64,000 bases of DNA from Alphaproteobacteria bacterium (GCA_965227515.1 CBDDFZ010000002.1:352001-416000), one strand, 5' to 3'; positions 31,215 to 43,915 are shown, numbered from the stretch's first letter. A program made the numbers and translations. The notes: generated by a model from the letters alone, not told the origin.

Positions 31215-32054
31215 CTACAGCCGCCAGCCGGAATGGATCGCGGCAATGCCGCCCGACAGGTTGCGATAGCTGCAGCGCGACAGCCCCGCCGCTTCCATCG
31301 CCTCCACCAGGGCCGGCTGGTCCGGGAAGCGGCGGATGCTCTCGACCAGGTAGGCATAGGCGTCGCGGTCGCGCGCCACCAGCCCGCCGAGCCGGGGAAT
31401 GACATTGAACGAATAGGCGTCGTAGGCGCGGGCCATCAGCGGGTTCGCCACCCGGCTGAATTCCAGGCAGAAGAAGCGGCCGCCGGGCTTCAGCACCCGC
31501 CGCGCCTCCGCCAGCGCCTTGTCGATGTAGGTCACGTTGCGCAGGCCGAAGGCGATGACATAGGCGTCCATCGTGCGGTCCGGCAGCGGCAGCGCCTCGG
31601 CATTGCCGCACACCCAGGCGAGCCGCGCCTGCGATGCGCCGTGCCCCTGGTCCAGCATGCGGTCGCGCCCGACGCCGAGCATGGCCGCGTTGATGTCGCA
31701 GACGATGGCGTCCGCGCCCGCCCGCACGACACGGAAGGCGATGTCGCCGGTGCCGCCGGCCACGTCCAGCACCTGCATGCCCTCGCGCGGGCGGATCATG
31801 GCGACGAGCTGGCGCTTCCACAGCCGGTGGATGCCGCCGCTCATCAGGTCGTTCATGCGGTCGTAGCTGGGGGCGACCGCATCGAACACCTGGCGCACGC
31901 GGCCGGTCTTCTCGTCCGGCGACACCGCCGCGAAGCCGAACGAACCCGCCATCTCCTCCGGTGCGCCCGTCCGTGTGCCGCCCGTGCGCGCGCCGCCCGT
32001 GTTTCCGTTGGATGGACGGTCCGATTGCTTGCCCAATGGCCTGTTGTGAACCAT
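31215..32054 (-). CDS. ubiE: Ubiquinone/menaquinone C-methyltransferase
   Basis: VF..VA..YD.MNDLMS.GIHRLWK, LDVAGGTGD, AFGLRNV, RVLKPGG, YLVESIR.FP; start uncertain. Confidence 0.94.
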   Translation of the reverse strand: MVHNRPLGKQSDRPSNGNTGGARTGGTRTGAPEEMAGSFGFAAVSPDEKTGRVRQVFDAVAPSYDRMNDLMSGGIHRLWKRQLVAMIRPREGMQVLDVAGGTGDIAFRVVRAGADAIVCDINAAMLGVGRDRMLDQGHGASQARLAWVCGNAEALPLPDRTMDAYVIAFGLRNVTYIDKALAEARRVLKPGGRFFCLEFSRVANPLMARAYDAYSFNVIPRLGGLVARDRDAYAYLVESIRRFPDQPALVEAMEAAGLSRCSYRNLSGGIAAIHSGWRL

Positions 32055-32102
32055 GGCGCGGACCATAGCGCAGTCGGGAGTGCCCTGCTACAACCCGCGG
32101 CC

Positions 32103-32942
32103 ATGCCCGAGTTGCCTGAAGTCGAGACCATCTGCCGCGGCCTGGCGGCCCATATCGAGGGGCGCCGGATCGCGGGCGTCGACGTGCGCCGCGGCGACCT
32201 GCGCTTCCCGCTGCCGGCCGACTTCGCGCGGCGGCTGGCGGGACGGCAGGTGGAGGCGGTGTCCCGCCGCGCCAAGTACATGCTGTGGCGGCTGGACGAC
32301 GGCACCATCGTGGTCGGCCACATGGGCATGTCCGGCCGGATGACGGTTCTGAACGGCGCGCCGCTGCCGGTCGAAACCCACGACCACCTGGTGTTCCGGT
32401 TCGACGACGGGCAGGAGGTGCGGTTCCACGACCCGCGCCGGTTCGGCTATTTCGACCTCAGCACCGCCGAGGGCTTGGACGACCACCACTTCTTCCGCGC
32501 GCTGGGCCCTGAGCCGCTGGGCAACGCCTTTAACGCCGACGCCCTGCAGGCGGCGCTTACCGGGCGGCGCACGTCGATCAAGGCGGCGCTGCTCGACCAG
32601 CGAGTCGTGGCCGGGCTCGGCAACATCTATGTCTGCGAGGCGCTCTATCTGTCGCGGCTGTCGCCGCTGCGACGTTCCGACACGGTGGTGGGGTCGCGGG
32701 CGGAGAACCTGGTCGCCGCCATCCGCGAGGTGCTGAACGCCGCCATCGACGCCGGTGGGTCCAGCTTGCGCGACTATGTGCAGGCCTCTGGCGAGCTGGG
32801 CTATTTCCAGCACAACTTTTCGGTTTACGGACGCGCGGGCGAGGCCTGTCCCGCCTGTGCCGCTGCGGCCACGCCCTGCGCGATCCGGCGCATCGTCCAG
32901 CAGGGGCGGTCGACTTTCTATTGTTCCCGCCGGCAAAGATGA
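32103..32942 (+). CDS. mutM: Formamidopyrimidine-DNA glycosylase
   Basis: MPELPEVET, RRAKY, H.GMSG, DPRRFG, AGLGNIY..E, C-terminal CxxC...C zinc finger. Confidence 0.97.
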   Translation: MPELPEVETICRGLAAHIEGRRIAGVDVRRGDLRFPLPADFARRLAGRQVEAVSRRAKYMLWRLDDGTIVVGHMGMSGRMTVLNGAPLPVETHDHLVFRFDDGQEVRFHDPRRFGYFDLSTAEGLDDHHFFRALGPEPLGNAFNADALQAALTGRRTSIKAALLDQRVVAGLGNIYVCEALYLSRLSPLRRSDTVVGSRAENLVAAIREVLNAAIDAGGSSLRDYVQASGELGYFQHNFSVYGRAGEACPACAAAATPCAIRRIVQQGRSTFYCSRRQR

Positions 32943-32990
32943 TGTATCTGCCCGCCACATCCCCTGGCATCGACCTTCCTGCCGCTATCT

Positions 32991-33035
32991 GCCCCTGGAA
33001 TGTATGGCCCTGAAATGCATGGCCCGGGGATATGT
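32991..33035 (+). repeat. Imperfect 15-bp tandem repeat x3
   Basis: GCCCCTGGAATGTAT / GGCCCTGAAATGCAT / GGCCCGGGGATATGT in the mutM-hydratase gap. Confidence 0.5.
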
Positions 33036-33158
33036 CGGATATTCGGCCGGTGGGTGCGTGAGACGCAGCGTGTGGCATGCGGGCTGCATTGAACCGGTAA
33101 CGGCACGACGGCGGCCACAATGCCGCCGGTACGCGCCGCAGAAGGAGGGAGTGCAACC

Positions 33159-33935
33159 ATGGCATTCGAATTTATCGAGGTCGAAACCCGCGGCCACGTC
33201 GGGCTGATCCGCTTCAACCGGCCGAAGGCGCTGAACGCGCTGTGCGACGGCCTGGTACGTGAGCTGGCATCGGCCCTGGACGAGATGGAGGCCGACGACA
33301 ACATCGGCGCGATCGTGCTGACCGGCAGCGAGAAGGCATTCTGCGCCGGGGCCGACATCAAGGAGATGCAGGACCAGTCCTACATGGACGCCTATCTCAA
33401 GGACTTCATCACCGATGGCTGGGAGCGGGTGACCACCGTGCGCAAGCCGGTGATCGCCGCGGTGGCGGGCTATGCGCTGGGCGGCGGCTGCGAGGTCGCG
33501 ATGATGTGCGACTTCATCCTGGCCGCGGAGAACGCCAAGTTCGGCCAGCCTGAGATCACCATCGGTGTGTTGCCGGGCGCCGGCGGCAGCCAACGCTTGA
33601 CCCGCTTCGTCGGCAAGTCGAAGGCCATGGAGATGGTGCTGACCGGGCGGATGATGGACGCGGCCGAGGCCGAGCGCTCGGGCCTGGTCAGCCGGGTGGT
33701 GCCGACCGACGACCTGGAGGAGCAGGCGCTGAAGACGGCGGAGACCATCGCCGATATGTCGAGGCCCATCGTGATGATGGCCAAGGAGGCGGTGAACCGC
33801 GCCTACGAGACCACCCTGGCCGAGGGCGTGCGGTTCGAGCGGCGGCTGTTCCAGTCCGCTTTCGCGACCGAGGACCAGAAAGAGGGCATGCAGGCGTTCA
33901 TCGACAAGCGCCAGCCCAACTTCAAGCACCGCTAG
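33159..33935 (+). CDS. Enoyl-CoA hydratase
   Basis: [38 protein letters not shown]; GGAGGGAG RBS. Confidence 0.93.
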   Translation: MAFEFIEVETRGHVGLIRFNRPKALNALCDGLVRELASALDEMEADDNIGAIVLTGSEKAFCAGADIKEMQDQSYMDAYLKDFITDGWERVTTVRKPVIAAVAGYALGGGCEVAMMCDFILAAENAKFGQPEITIGVLPGAGGSQRLTRFVGKSKAMEMVLTGRMMDAAEAERSGLVSRVVPTDDLEEQALKTAETIADMSRPIVMMAKEAVNRAYETTLAEGVRFERRLFQSAFATEDQKEGMQAFIDKRQPNFKHR

Positions 33936-33982
33936 GCGGACGCTCCTTGCAGCGGCAGCCTGGTCGGGCTGCCCACAGAACC

Positions 33983-34011
33983 TTGACATCGCCGCCGGTC
34001 AGCGTTATGCA
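33983..34011 (+). promoter_or_regulatory. Candidate sigma70 promoter of rpsT
   Basis: TTGACA-N17-TATGCA, 41 bp upstream of the rpsT ATG. Confidence 0.5.
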
Positions 34012-34052
34012 CCGCGGCTTCCGTTCAATCCGTACCCTGTTTTGAGGCCCCG

Positions 34053-34319
34053 ATGGCGCATCATAAGTCCGCGCGCAAGCGCATCCGCCGGAACGACCGG
34101 CGCGAGGTGATCAACGGCAACCGCATCAGCCGCATCCGCACCCACCTGCGCAAGGTGGAACGCGCGATCGCCAGCGGCGACCAGGCCGCGGCGATGTCGG
34201 CCTTCCGCGAGGCACAGCCGGAGATGCATCGGGGCGTCAGCAAGGGGGTGCTGCATCGCAACACCGTCGATCGGCGCCTGTCTCGTTTGTCCCGCCGTAT
34301 CAAGGCGATGGGCGCCTAA
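34053..34319 (+). CDS. rpsT: 30S ribosomal protein S20
   Basis: [16 protein letters not shown]...R..SRL; upstream of dnaA as in many Alphaproteobacteria. Confidence 0.96.
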   Translation: MAHHKSARKRIRRNDRREVINGNRISRIRTHLRKVERAIASGDQAAAMSAFREAQPEMHRGVSKGVLHRNTVDRRLSRLSRRIKAMGA

Positions 34320-34465
34320 ACTTCTCTCTTTCCTGCAAGAGAAGTCCGCTTTCGGACATGGACAATACTGTTGTCCATTTCCGCTTCCGAGCATAGATTC
34401 TTTGTTGTCTTTCAAAGGCTAACCGGCGTGCCCGGCAGATTTTTGTTTTTTTGACAAACCGCCTA

Positions 34466-34494
34466 TTGAATCCCCCAAAGGCCCAAGTTAGTAT
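34466..34494 (+). promoter_or_regulatory. Candidate sigma70 promoter of dnaA with an overlapping GANTC site
   Basis: TTGAAT-N17-TAGTAT; GAATC at 34468-34472; AT-rich tract upstream. Confidence 0.55.
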
Positions 34495-34726
34495 TCCTTT
34501 GACGCCTCCGGAGAGAGGTTTCAAAACAAAACGAGGGTCCCCCAAGGTGAAAAAAGTTAATAAACAGTATTCCTTGGTTTGGTGGGTAGAATTCAACTCT
34601 CGTTTTCAGCCTAACAACCGCGCCTAGCGCATTCAATCTTTGTGCATTGTCCGGCATTCGTCGGGCAAACGGGTGCATTTTATCTTGCTCGCATAGAGCT
34701 GGGCAGCCTTTTTGAAGGGTGGTGCG

Positions 34727-36325
34727 ATGGATCCTCTGACGAACCGCGCGACGGTATCGGCCACGCACCGGAGCCAAAACCGACCCCCCAAGACGACTAC
34801 TTCCGGGCCCGACCAGGACGCAGATTTCGCCCGCCAATGGGTGCGGGTGCGGGGTCAGTTACGCTCCGTGTACGGGGAAGCCGAATTCCGTAGCTGGCTG
34901 AAACCCCTGGAGTTCATGGAGGGGGGTGCCCAACACGTCACCCTGGGCGTGCCGACGCGGTTCATGCGCGACTGGATCGTCAACAACTACGGCGACCGCA
35001 TCGCGCAACTCTGGCAGGCCGAAAGCGGCCGGGCCCTGAAGCTGGATATCGTGACCTTGCCGTCGGCGGCCCCCCGCCAGGCCCGCGACAACGGCGCGCG
35101 GCCGAACGGGTCCAGCCCGAATGGATCTAGCGACGAGCAGGGCGGACTGAACGGCCGCGACGCCGCCGCGCTGGATGACGAGGAGGACAGCCACGTGCAT
35201 GGGACCGGACTGGCCGCCGACATGCCCGCGGACTTGGGCGTCAACGGGCACGATGCCGCCGACGCCATCGACCAGGCTCTGGTCGGCCGCCTGGACCCGC
35301 GCTTCCGGTTCGAGAACTTCGTGGTCGGCAAGCCGAACGAGCTGGCCTATGCCGCCGCCCGCCGCATCGCCGGCGCGCCGCCCAACGACGTGCCGTTCAA
35401 CCCGCTGTTCCTCTATGGCGGCGTGGGCCTCGGCAAGACCCACCTGATGCACGCAATTGCCTGGGAGATGCGCACCCGCTTCCCCGACCGCAAGGTGCTC
35501 TACCTCTCGGCCGAGAAGTTCATGTACCAGTTCGTGCGCGCGCTCCGCTTCAAGGACACCGTCGCGTTCAAGGACCAGTTCCGCTCGGTCGACGTGCTGA
35601 TGATCGACGACATCCAGTTCATCAGCGGCAAGGAGTCGACCCAGGAGGAATTCTTCCACACCTTCAACGAGCTGGTGGACCGTAACCGCCAGGTCATTGT
35701 CTCCGCCGACAAGTCGCCGGCCAACCTGACCGATATGGAAGAGCGGATGAAGTCCCGCCTCGGCTGGGGGCTGGTGGCCGACATCCACCCTACCGACTAC
35801 GAGCTCAGGCTCGGCATCCTGCAGGCGATCGTGGAGCGCCACCCGAACGTGGAGGTGCCGCAGAAGGTGCTGGAGTTCCTGGCCCACCGCATCACCGCCA
35901 ACGTGCGCGAGCTGGAGGGCGCGATGATCCGCCTGTTCGCGGACGCCACCCTGGTCGGCCGCCGCATCGACCTGGACTCCACCCAGGATGTGCTGCGCGA
36001 CCTGTTGCGGGCCAACGACCGCCGCCTGACCATCGAGGACATCCAGAAGCGGGTGGCCGAGCATTACAACATCCGCTTCACCGACATGCACTCGGCCCGG
36101 CGGTCCCGCGCCATCGCACGCCCGCGCCAGATCGCGATGTACTTCTGCAAGCAGCTGACCTCGCGTTCGCTGCCGGAAATCGGCCGCAAGTTCGGCGGTC
36201 GCGATCACACCACCGTGATCCACGCGGTCCGGAAAGTGGATGAGTTGCGCGGCACCGACGCCGGCTTCGCGGAGGACCTGGACCTCCTGCGCCGGATGCT
36301 GGAAGTGGGCACCGCGCAGCACTGA
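34727..36325 (+). CDS. dnaA: Chromosomal replication initiator DnaA
   Basis: F.SWL, F.NFV.G..N, NPLFLYGGVGLGKTHL, IDDIQF, QEEFFHTFN, NVRELEGA, RQIAMY, FGGRDHTTV. Confidence 0.98.
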   Translation: MDPLTNRATVSATHRSQNRPPKTTTSGPDQDADFARQWVRVRGQLRSVYGEAEFRSWLKPLEFMEGGAQHVTLGVPTRFMRDWIVNNYGDRIAQLWQAESGRALKLDIVTLPSAAPRQARDNGARPNGSSPNGSSDEQGGLNGRDAAALDDEEDSHVHGTGLAADMPADLGVNGHDAADAIDQALVGRLDPRFRFENFVVGKPNELAYAAARRIAGAPPNDVPFNPLFLYGGVGLGKTHLMHAIAWEMRTRFPDRKVLYLSAEKFMYQFVRALRFKDTVAFKDQFRSVDVLMIDDIQFISGKESTQEEFFHTFNELVDRNRQVIVSADKSPANLTDMEERMKSRLGWGLVADIHPTDYELRLGILQAIVERHPNVEVPQKVLEFLAHRITANVRELEGAMIRLFADATLVGRRIDLDSTQDVLRDLLRANDRRLTIEDIQKRVAEHYNIRFTDMHSARRSRAIARPRQIAMYFCKQLTSRSLPEIGRKFGGRDHTTVIHAVRKVDELRGTDAGFAEDLDLLRRMLEVGTAQH

Positions 36326-37184
36326 CGGCCCTTGCGCCATCTCCCACCCGCCGGTGGGGGATGGCGTGCCCGATCCCCACCTGATTCTGTCGTCCTCGCC
36401 CCTGTGGCAAGAATTTTTTGTCTGGAATGCCAACAAGACAAGGGTTTCTCGCTGGCCAACTCGACAGTCCACCGGCTCGCATTTTTGCTTATGACGCCCG
36501 GTGCAGGTCTATTGGTCGAATATTCTGGAGTGATTAGCTCGCGCAGATAGCGGTTTCGGCGAATATTCGTGAATTGTTTGTCGATGTAGTGTGGTGGAAG
36601 CTTGGATGACGGCGGACAAGCACCATCGAGGCCGAACACGGCATGGCTGGTGACGGGCCGGTTGGGCGGAGCAGTGGGCAGGCGCCAACCTCATCTCCCG
36701 CTTGTCTTCAAGCAGAGCGTCGACAGCCAACTGCAAATCTAACCGCGAGCGGCAGAAAGAGGACGGTCGCATCGTCCATCCGTCATAGGCGGCGGCAATG
36801 GCGGCCACACCCCCCGAATTCCCCGAAAATGTTTGGGAATCAACCGGTTTGTGCTAGAAAACGGGGGTCTGGACGGGATGATGTTTTGGCGGCTGCCGGG
36901 CGGCTTGTCCGGCGGGCTTTTTGGCCGATTCCGGCCGCCTCGAGTCTCGCTGCACATGGTCGTTTCGCTGCGCCAAGTCGTCCCGCTGCATCACGTGTTG
37001 GCATCGGATTCGGCGCTTCGCCACCAGCCGGCGCACCTGCGGCGGCGGCGGATGCGCAGGGACTACATCTACCCCGGCCGGCATCGACCCCGGCCGCCAT
37101 CGACCGAAGGGCGCCGGAACGGCGCAATCGGCCGGACGGGCCTGGAAGCGCCGAATTGCAAGCTGCGGAACTGGATTGGGAATC

Positions 37185-38312
37185 ATGAAGTTAGTCATCG
37201 AACAAGCGGCATTGTTGAAGTCACTCGGCCACGTGCAGAGCGCGGTCGAGCGGCGCAACACCATCCCGATCCTTTCCAACGTGATGCTGGACGCCAAGGA
37301 CGGCAAGGTCAGCATGACCGCCACCGACATGGACCTGGCCATCGTCGAATCGACCGCGGCGGATGTCGCCACGCCGGGCGCGGTCACCGTGCCGGCGCAC
37401 ACCCTCTATGAGATCGTGCGCAAGCTGCCGGACGGCGCGCAGATCGACATCGAGCGCGCGGCCGACGGCAACCAGGTCAAGATCGTTTCCGGCCGGTCGC
37501 GCTTCTCGCTCGCCTGCCTGCCGATCGAGGACTTCCCGATGCTGTCCAGCGGCGAGCTGGCGCACAGCTTCGCGGTCGGCGCCGGCGACCTGCGCGGCCT
37601 GATCGACCGCACCCGCTTCGCGATCTCCACCGAGGAGACCCGCTATTATTTGAACGGCATCTACCTGCATGCCGCCAAGACCGACGATGTCGACGTGCTG
37701 CGCGCGGTGGCGACCGACGGCCACCGGCTGGCCCGGGTGGAGATGCCGCTGCCGGACGGGGCGGCGGCCATTCCCGGCGTCATCGTGCCGCGCAAGACGG
37801 TGAACGAACTCCGGCGCCTGCTGGAGGACCGGACCGACGAGGTGCAGGTCTCGCTGTCGGAGACCCGCATCCGCTTCGCCTTCGCCGATATCGTGATGAC
37901 GTCGAAGCTGATCGACGGCACGTTTCCGGACTACAACCGCGTCATCCCCAGCGACGACCACAACAACAAGGTGCTGGAGGTCGACCGCGCCGCGTTCGCA
38001 CGCGCCGTCGACCGGGTGGCGACGATCTCGTCGGAGAAGTCGCGCGGCGTGAAGCTCTCCATGTCCAATGCCAATCTGGTGCTGTCGGCGACCAGCCAGG
38101 AGAACGGCACCGCCACCGAGGAGATGGAGGTCCGCTTCGCCGACGACGAGAAGCTGGAGATCGGCTTCAACTCGCGCTACCTGCTCGACATCACCCAGCA
38201 GATCGAGGGCGAGGGCGCGCAGTTCAAGATGGCCGACGGGGCCTCGCCGACCATCGTGCGCGACAGTGCGGATGCCAGCGCGCTCTACGTGCTGATGCCG
38301 ATGCGGGTTTGA
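37185..38312 (+). CDS. dnaN: DNA polymerase III beta clamp
   Basis: VERRNTIPILSN, ATD, STEETRYYLNG, ATDGHRLA, G.FPDY, GFN..YL.D, MPMRV. Confidence 0.98.
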   Translation: MKLVIEQAALLKSLGHVQSAVERRNTIPILSNVMLDAKDGKVSMTATDMDLAIVESTAADVATPGAVTVPAHTLYEIVRKLPDGAQIDIERAADGNQVKIVSGRSRFSLACLPIEDFPMLSSGELAHSFAVGAGDLRGLIDRTRFAISTEETRYYLNGIYLHAAKTDDVDVLRAVATDGHRLARVEMPLPDGAAAIPGVIVPRKTVNELRRLLEDRTDEVQVSLSETRIRFAFADIVMTSKLIDGTFPDYNRVIPSDDHNNKVLEVDRAAFARAVDRVATISSEKSRGVKLSMSNANLVLSATSQENGTATEEMEVRFADDEKLEIGFNSRYLLDITQQIEGEGAQFKMADGASPTIVRDSADASALYVLMPMRV

Positions 38313-38327
38313 CGGCTGTCCCGGATC

Positions 38328-39551
38328 GTGTCGGCCCCTGCCCACCAGATAAGCAACATCGCGCAGCGACCCAGCCCGGGCAGCACCCCGGTGACGGCGG
38401 TGCGCCGCCTGCGCCTGACCGATTTCCGGAGCTACCGCAGCGTGGCGCTGGACGTGGAGGCCGCTCCCGTGGTGCTGGTCGGCCCCAACGGGGCGGGCAA
38501 GACCAACCTGTTGGAGGCGTTGTCGTTCCTGGCGCCGGGGCGCGGGCTCAGGCGGGCGCGGCTTTCCGCGGTCGGCCACCGGGCCGGCGAAGCGCGGGAG
38601 GACGATGCGCCTGAGAACGACAGTGGAGCCGCCTGGGCGGTCGCCGCCGATATTGCCACCGACGACGGCGTCCCGGTCCGCATCGGCACCGGGCTGGAGC
38701 GCGATGGTGCCGCCGGCAGCGAGCGCCGCGTGGTGCGCATCGACGGCGCCGCCGTGCGCGGGCAGCAGCCGCTGGCCGAGCACCTCGCCGTCGCCTGGCT
38801 GACGCCGGAACTGGACCGCCTGTTCATGGACGGCGCGTCGGGCCGGCGCCGGTTCCTCGACCGGCTGCTCACCGCCTACGACCCGGCGCATACCGGCCGC
38901 ATCGCCGCCTATGAGCATGTGATGCGCGAGCGCAACCGCCTGCTGCAGGCCGGCAATGCCGACCCGGCCTGGCTCGGCGCGCTGGAAGACCGGATGGCCC
39001 AGAACGGCATCGCGATCGCGGTCGCGCGGCGCGATTTCGTCGACCGGCTGGCAGCGGCGCTGGAGGGCGGCAGCGGCCGCTTCCCGGCGCCCGATATCGC
39101 CGTCGACGGCGCGCTGGAGACGTGGCTGGAGGAGGGGTCCGCCCTGCAGGTGGAAGACCGGGTGCGCGAGGCGCTGGCCGCTGGCCGCCGCCGCGACGCA
39201 GAGGTGGGCGGGGCCGCCATCGGCCCGCACCGCAGCGATCTCGCCGCCCGCCAGCGCGGCAGTGCGCGCCCGGCCGCCGAATGTTCAACCGGCGAGCAGA
39301 AGGGCATGGTGCTGGCGCTGACGCTGGCCCACGCCCGCCTGATCGCGGCAGACCGTGGCGCCACCCCGGTGATGCTGTGGGACGAGATCGCGGCGCACCT
39401 GGATGCCGGCCGCCGTGCCGACCTGTTCGATGACATTCTCGCCCTTGGGGGGCAATCGTGGCTGAGCGGCGCGGACCGCGCGCTGTTCGACCCATTGGCC
39501 GGGCGCTGCCAGTTCCTGGCGGTGACACCTGGCGCCGTGACGCGATCCTGA
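38328..39551 (+). CDS. recF: DNA replication/repair protein RecF
   Basis: FRSY, GPNGAGKTNLLEA, RRRFLDR, GPHRSDL, STGEQK, DE..AHLD; start may be GTG 38391. Confidence 0.95.
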   Translation: MSAPAHQISNIAQRPSPGSTPVTAVRRLRLTDFRSYRSVALDVEAAPVVLVGPNGAGKTNLLEALSFLAPGRGLRRARLSAVGHRAGEAREDDAPENDSGAAWAVAADIATDDGVPVRIGTGLERDGAAGSERRVVRIDGAAVRGQQPLAEHLAVAWLTPELDRLFMDGASGRRRFLDRLLTAYDPAHTGRIAAYEHVMRERNRLLQAGNADPAWLGALEDRMAQNGIAIAVARRDFVDRLAAALEGGSGRFPAPDIAVDGALETWLEEGSALQVEDRVREALAAGRRRDAEVGGAAIGPHRSDLAARQRGSARPAAECSTGEQKGMVLALTLAHARLIAADRGATPVMLWDEIAAHLDAGRRADLFDDILALGGQSWLSGADRALFDPLAGRCQFLAVTPGAVTRS

Positions 39552-39556
39552 CGTGA

Positions 39557-42084
<2,528 letters not shown>

Positions 42085-42098
42085 GGCCGGCGCTTCCA

Positions 42099-42180
42099 GT
42101 TACGGGGACAGTTTACTTGATTCATGCTCGATGGTTGCCACGAGCTGGAAGTTGCGAATTAAGTAAACTGTCCCCGTAAC
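42099..42180. repeat. 82-bp element with 25-bp terminal inverted repeats (MITE/REP-like)
   Basis: GTTACGGGGACAGTTTACTTGATTC (42099-42123) versus GAATTAAGTAAACTGTCCCCGTAAC (42156-42180), 24/25 match. Confidence 0.85.
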
Positions 42181-42207
42181 CGCAACGCCGCAACCGTGGA
42201 CCGCAAT

Positions 42208-42600
42208 ATGCCTGACGTTGAAACCTCGACACCGCCGGGCACGCCGACACCCATCGGCCCCTACAGCCACATCGCCAAGGTCGGCGACAACATCACCATC
42301 GGCGGCGTTGCCGGGTTCGATCCGGCGACCGGCCAACTGGCGGGCGAGGACGTCTATGCCCAGACGGTCCAGATCCTGCGCTCGTTCGAGGTGATGCTGA
42401 AATCGGTGGGCTCGGACCTCGGCCATGTGGTCCACATCAACATTTTCCTGAAGGATATGGCCGACTTCGAGCGGATGAACGAGGCCTATGCCTCGGTGAT
42501 GGGCGACCACCGGCCGGCGCGTACGGCGTTCGGCGTGGCAGCGTTGCCGAAGCCGGGGCTCAGGCTGACGATGAACCTGACGGCGGTGACCGCCGGGTAG
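42208..42600 (+). CDS. RidA/YjgF/UK114 family protein
   Basis: P.GPYS, .FL.DM.DF..MNE.Y, PART..V..LP. Confidence 0.9.
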   Translation: MPDVETSTPPGTPTPIGPYSHIAKVGDNITIGGVAGFDPATGQLAGEDVYAQTVQILRSFEVMLKSVGSDLGHVVHINIFLKDMADFERMNEAYASVMGDHRPARTAFGVAALPKPGLRLTMNLTAVTAG

Positions 42601-42760
42601 GGATTGGGTTTCGCAGAACGCTCGCCTGGGCAGCGCCCAATCCAAACTGTCACCCTTGGCCGTCAGGCCGAGGGTCCATTCCAGTTATTGCGCGAAACCA
42701 TCCATGGATCCTCGACACGACGCGGCGAACAAGTTCGGACCGCGCCGGTCAAGGATGACA
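42597..42760. repeat. Degenerate REP cluster (GTAG-type hairpin plus CGTC-type doublet)
   Basis: GTAGGGATTGGG...CCCAATCC overlapping the RidA stop; TGTCACCCTTGGCC...GAGGGTCCAT at 42648 and ATGGATCCTCGAC...GTCAAGGATGACA ending at 42760. Confidence 0.55.
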
Positions 42761-42780
42761 AAAACGGGAAGTAGCAGCAG

Positions 42781-43270
42781 CTACATCGCCGAGAGCATGT
42801 GCTCCGCGCCGGAGACGGTCATGTCGCTCGGCACCTCTTCCACATTGACCTGCTCCACCACGCCGTTGCGGATCAACAGCGAGAAGCGCGCGCCCGCGGG
42901 TGCCGAGACCGGCGCCGCTGCCGTCGATGGTCAGGGCCCAGCGCCTTGGAGAACTCGCCGTTCCAGTCCGGCAGCATGGTGACCTTGTCGCCGACGTTCA
43001 GCGACTCGCCCCACGCTTTCATGACGAACGGGTCGTTGACCGACAGGCACACGATGGAGTCCACGCCCTTGCCTTTCAGCGCATCGGCATTGTCGCGATA
43101 GCTCGGCACGTGCTTGGCGGTGCATGTCGGCGTGTAGGCGCCGGGCACCGAGAACAGCGCCACGGTCTTGCCGCCGAAGATCTCATCGGTCGTGGCGTCC
43201 GCCAAGCCGTCCGGGCCCCATCGTCCTTGAACGTCATCGACGGAATCTTGTCGCCAACCTGAATAGCCAT
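42781..43270 (-). pseudogene. Peroxiredoxin (Prx5 type) with four apparent single-base insertions; may be intact in vivo
   Basis: MAIQVGDKIP start, PGAYTPTC peroxidatic motif, CLSVNDPFVM.AW; frames join if one base is removed at about 43225, 43213, 42935 and 42894. Confidence 0.85.
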
Positions 43271-43399
43271 GGGGTGCGTCCTCTCTCTTTTGTCAGTTCG
43301 TTTGCTGTCGGCGAATTTCCGCGAATGCGGGCCGCGTTCACAGCCGTTGACGTAATGCAAGCCGGGGGCAAAGGGAAGGCCCTTCAAGCCCCTGGGTAG

Positions 43400-43915
43400 T
43401 CAGCGCGAGATAACACCACAGGCGATGCGGGCGCCGGCATCGCCGGCCGGCTGGGACTGGTAGTCGTCGGCGCCGGCATGAATGACGACGGCCGACCCGT
43501 CGGCGTCGAACAGGGTGGCCGGGTTGCCGTCCTCCAGGCTGATCGCGTCGACGAAGTACTCGACCACTGTCGGGTCGTCGGCCCCGACATGGATGTTCGG
43601 CAGGTCGCCGGGGTGGGGACCGTGCTCACTGTGCACCCCGTGTTCGCGGTCGAGCGCGAAGTGGCCGCCGGCCGAGGTGAAGTCCTCCGCCGAACAGTCG
43701 CCGGTCTCGTGAATGTGGATCGCGTGCTCGCCGACCGGAATGCCGTCGACGACGATGATGATGTGCACCATGCCGGAGGCGGTGGATGCGAAGTCCACGG
43801 TGCCGACCAAATTGCCGTTCCGGTCGCTGAGTTCGGCGGTGGCGTCGGCGCCAAGGGCGGTAACCGGGGTCGCGGCGAGTAGGGTTGCAGCAAGCATGTT
43901 GCGCATGAACGGCAT
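43400..43915 (-). CDS. sodC: Periplasmic Cu/Zn superoxide dismutase
   Basis: Signal peptide, H..HIHE.G.C, SAGGHF, HG, H.GDLPN, IHAG.DDY..QP.G.AG.RIACGVI. Confidence 0.92.
   Translation of the reverse strand: MPFMRNMLAATLLAATPVTALGADATAELSDRNGNLVGTVDFASTASGMVHIIIVVDGIPVGEHAIHIHETGDCSAEDFTSAGGHFALDREHGVHSEHGPHPGDLPNIHVGADDPTVVEYFVDAISLEDGNPATLFDADGSAVVIHAGADDYQSQPAGDAGARIACGVISR

Noticed and set aside
31960-32000. Imperfect 15-bp repeats in the ubiE 5' region (GGART/GGTRT)
   Set aside because: Short low-complexity slippage in a variable N-terminus; no evidence of function
29745-32942. 1065-aa ORF ending in MutM
   Set aside because: MutM needs its N-terminal Pro (MPELPEV at 32103); the rest is antisense to ubiB and ubiE
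34320-37184. Calling oriC beside dnaA
   Set aside because: No DnaA-box cluster recognised in either flanking gap; kept only as an open question
36833-37411. 192-aa ORF overlapping the dnaN start
   Set aside because: Out of frame with dnaN, Arg-rich, no motif and no clear RBS
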